From Dictyostelium discoideum (lineage: Eukaryota), in assembly GCA_000004695.1 (NCBI GenBank), contig CM000153.2, forward strand, positions 4,448,001 to 4,512,000: a stretch of DNA of 64,000 nt, read 5' to 3'. Numbering within the stretch: the stretch's first letter is position 1; each line of letters begins with the position of its first letter. The notes under the pieces were generated by a model that did no database searches, had not been told where the DNA came from, and saw only the letters and a list, made by a program, of their open reading frames with translations. Made by a program: the position numbers and the translations under genes. This document shows positions 62,077 through 64,000 of the stretch, in pieces.

Positions 62077-62869
62077 TTTTTATTTCTATTTCTCTTTTTT
62101 CTTTTTTTTTTTTTTTTTTTTTAAAAAATTTATTAAATTAGTTATTCACACAACTCTTAAATTTTATTGTTATTTATTATTATTATTATTTTATTTTTAT
62201 GGTACAATTTATTGTTACTAATTAAAACCATATACAATTGTGTGTGTGAGTAATAATTATTATTATTTTATTTAATTTTATTATTCTTTTTTAATGAGTT
62301 TTGCGCGCCTATTGTTTTTGTTATTTACTAAAGTCTACAATAATAAATATTTGAATATGAAGATATGAATTTTGTGTAAAAATAATATTATCATGTGTGT
62401 GTAGTTTTTTTTATTTTTTATTTTTTATTTTTTTATTAGTAAATATTTATTTTATTTTATTTTATTTTATTTTTTTTATTTTTTTTATTATTTTTATTTC
62501 GATTTCGTTATTTTATTATTAACAATTTATAATGCTAATTAATTATTGCTTATTATTCCACACCACAACCGACAAAAAAAAAAAAAGGTGCAACACTTGA
62601 AAATTTGGAAAAAAAACAAAAAAAAAAAAAAAAAAAAAATAAAATAAAAAATAAAAAAACAAAAAAAAAATAAGGCGATATTTTAGAAAAACAAAACAAA
62701 AAAAAAGTGTGAAACTCCAAAAAAGCATTTTTTTTTTTTTTTTTATTTTTTAATTTAAAATAATTTTTTTTTATTTTTTTTATTTATTTTTAATTTTAAT
62801 TTTAATTTATATTTTTTAAAAATAGAATAAAAAAAATATACAAACTGATCAAAGTTTTATTTGGGTGTG

Positions 62870-62920
<51 letters not shown>

Positions 62921-63136
62921 CAAAAGAAAAAGAAAAATTAAAATTAAAAAAAAAAAAAAAAAAAACTTTTGAAAATTTGTGGTTAATCCCTGGGAAAATG
63001 ACATCATTTTTATTTTTATTTTTATTTTATTTTTTTAAAATGCAACAGTAACACAAAATTGTACAACTATTATTATTATATATAATTGTATTTGTGTAGT
63101 TGTTGAGTTTTTGTTTTGTTGTTGTTGTTGTTGTTT

Positions 63137-64000
63137 TTAGTGATTATCTTTAAAAGGTTGTTTTGCCAAGTCACTATAAAATGAACTTTCACTCCTTCCA
63201 GGTTTGAAATTAATAAGACTATTACCTCTTGTAACTCTTTTTTGAGTAAGAGTAGGATAAGTGGTTGTAGTTGTTGTGGTTGTTTTTTTAATGGTTGTTT
63301 TTTTACTATTATCTATTAATACCGAATTTGAATCCATAGATTTTCTTTTTAAAATTTTATTTTGTCTCTCATTATGATCACTTGAAGGTGTTGGATCCAA
63401 TGATTTTCTTCTTTTTGCCATTTTCTTTGGTCTTTCTTCTACTATTTCCTCCTCTTCAATGTGTTCAACCTTTTCTACATGTTCAATCTCTTCAATTCTA
63501 TCATTTGATTCTTCATTTGTTGCCTCCTTCATTGAGTCTTTTACAATGTTTAATTTTTTAGATTGTTGTTTGTTTGAGGAGGATGATGATGATGGTGGTG
63601 ATGGTGATGAAAATGATGATGGTGGTGATGGTGGTGATGGTGATGAAAATGATAATTTTTTTGATACTTTATTTTTAATTGGTGATTTTGTTGGAATTTC
63701 AGTAATTGGTGACATTGGTATTTTTGATTTGGATTTGTTGTTGTTGTTTGGTGTTGTATTTATTTTGTTTTTTGGTGGTGTTGTTGAAGTTGTTGGTGAT
63801 GATAGAGTACTACCACTACCACTACCACTATCACTACCACTAGTATTAATTAAATTTGGAGTTATCTTCTTTGGAGTTAAAGGACAAATATTCTTATTAA
63901 TAGTGATAAAAGGATGAATGAAAGCTCTATTTAAATTGGTTGGAACATTTGAAAACATGAAACGATGCTCACCAATTGAGAAAACGGTTGAAGGTTTTAG
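63137..64000 (-). CDS. Partial CDS (the 5' end lies beyond the window end) of a Ser/Pro/Thr-rich low-complexity protein. Function unknown.
   Basis: The minus-strand ORF continues in frame to the window edge (…LKPSTVFSIGEHRFMFSNVPTNLNRAFIHPFITINKNICPLTPKK…SPSPPSPPSSFSSPSPPSS…EEIEHVEKVEHIEEEEIVEERPKKMAKRRKS…QKRVTRGNSLINFKPGRSESSFYSDLAKQPFKDNH*). The composition is coding-like with no recognisable domain. Confidence 0.45.
   Translation of the reverse strand, partial: LKPSTVFSIGEHRFMFSNVPTNLNRAFIHPFITINKNICPLTPKKITPNLINTSGSDSGSGSGSTLSSPTTSTTPPKNKINTTPNNNNKSKSKIPMSPITEIPTKSPIKNKVSKKLSFSSPSPPSPPSSFSSPSPPSSSSSSNKQQSKKLNIVKDSMKEATNEESNDRIEEIEHVEKVEHIEEEEIVEERPKKMAKRRKSLDPTPSSDHNERQNKILKRKSMDSNSVLIDNSKKTTIKKTTTTTTTTYPTLTQKRVTRGNSLINFKPGRSESSFYSDLAKQPFKDNH

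Overview
This window is AT-rich (roughly 75-80% A+T) eukaryotic DNA with homopolymer and (AAT)n tracts, short GT..AG introns and poly-Asn/Gln coding runs. That fits Dictyostelium discoideum, so ORFs alone do not give gene models, and the ORF track also uses TTG/CTG as start codons. I rebuilt exon/intron structures by hand from splice sites and conserved protein motifs.

Clearly recognisable genes:
- 3' end of a TAP/NXF/Mex67-type mRNA export factor, + strand.
- The complete myosin II heavy chain gene mhcA (2116 aa, single exon).
- A STRAP/UNRIP-like WD40 gene.
- A cytochrome P450.
- Phosphoseryl-tRNA(Sec) kinase (PSTK).
- An SRRM1/SRm160-like PWI-domain RS protein.
- Uricase with a C-terminal SRL (PTS1).
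- The STE20-family kinase svkA (severin kinase).
- The mitochondrial calcium uniporter MCU.
- Prefoldin subunit 3.
- PI 4-kinase beta.
- Several uncharacterised genes.

The most interesting part is an accessory-like locus at about 32.2-51.3 kb, with one more copy at 9.8-14.0 kb, all on the minus strand. It is a tandem array of paralogous multi-exon genes. Each encodes a secreted or type-I membrane protein built as signal peptide, Cys-flanked leucine-rich repeats, an IPT/TIG-like beta region, several EGF-like Cys repeats, one transmembrane helix and a short tail. The array holds one apparently intact copy, a near-identical ~4 kb tandem duplicate with a homopolymer frameshift, a copy whose first-intron donor is GC instead of GT, a clearly decayed pseudogene, and a 5' LRR-only truncated copy. 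Inverted-repeat and palindromic insertions lie between the members. This looks like a fast-evolving, birth-and-death receptor family, a candidate adhesion, recognition or phagocytic receptor locus.

I also found two copies of a conserved ~110 bp intergenic element, a shared GC-rich motif, and a possible retained-intron or frameshift at the 3' end of the distal paralog. I found no CRISPR arrays, rRNA genes or convincing tRNA genes.
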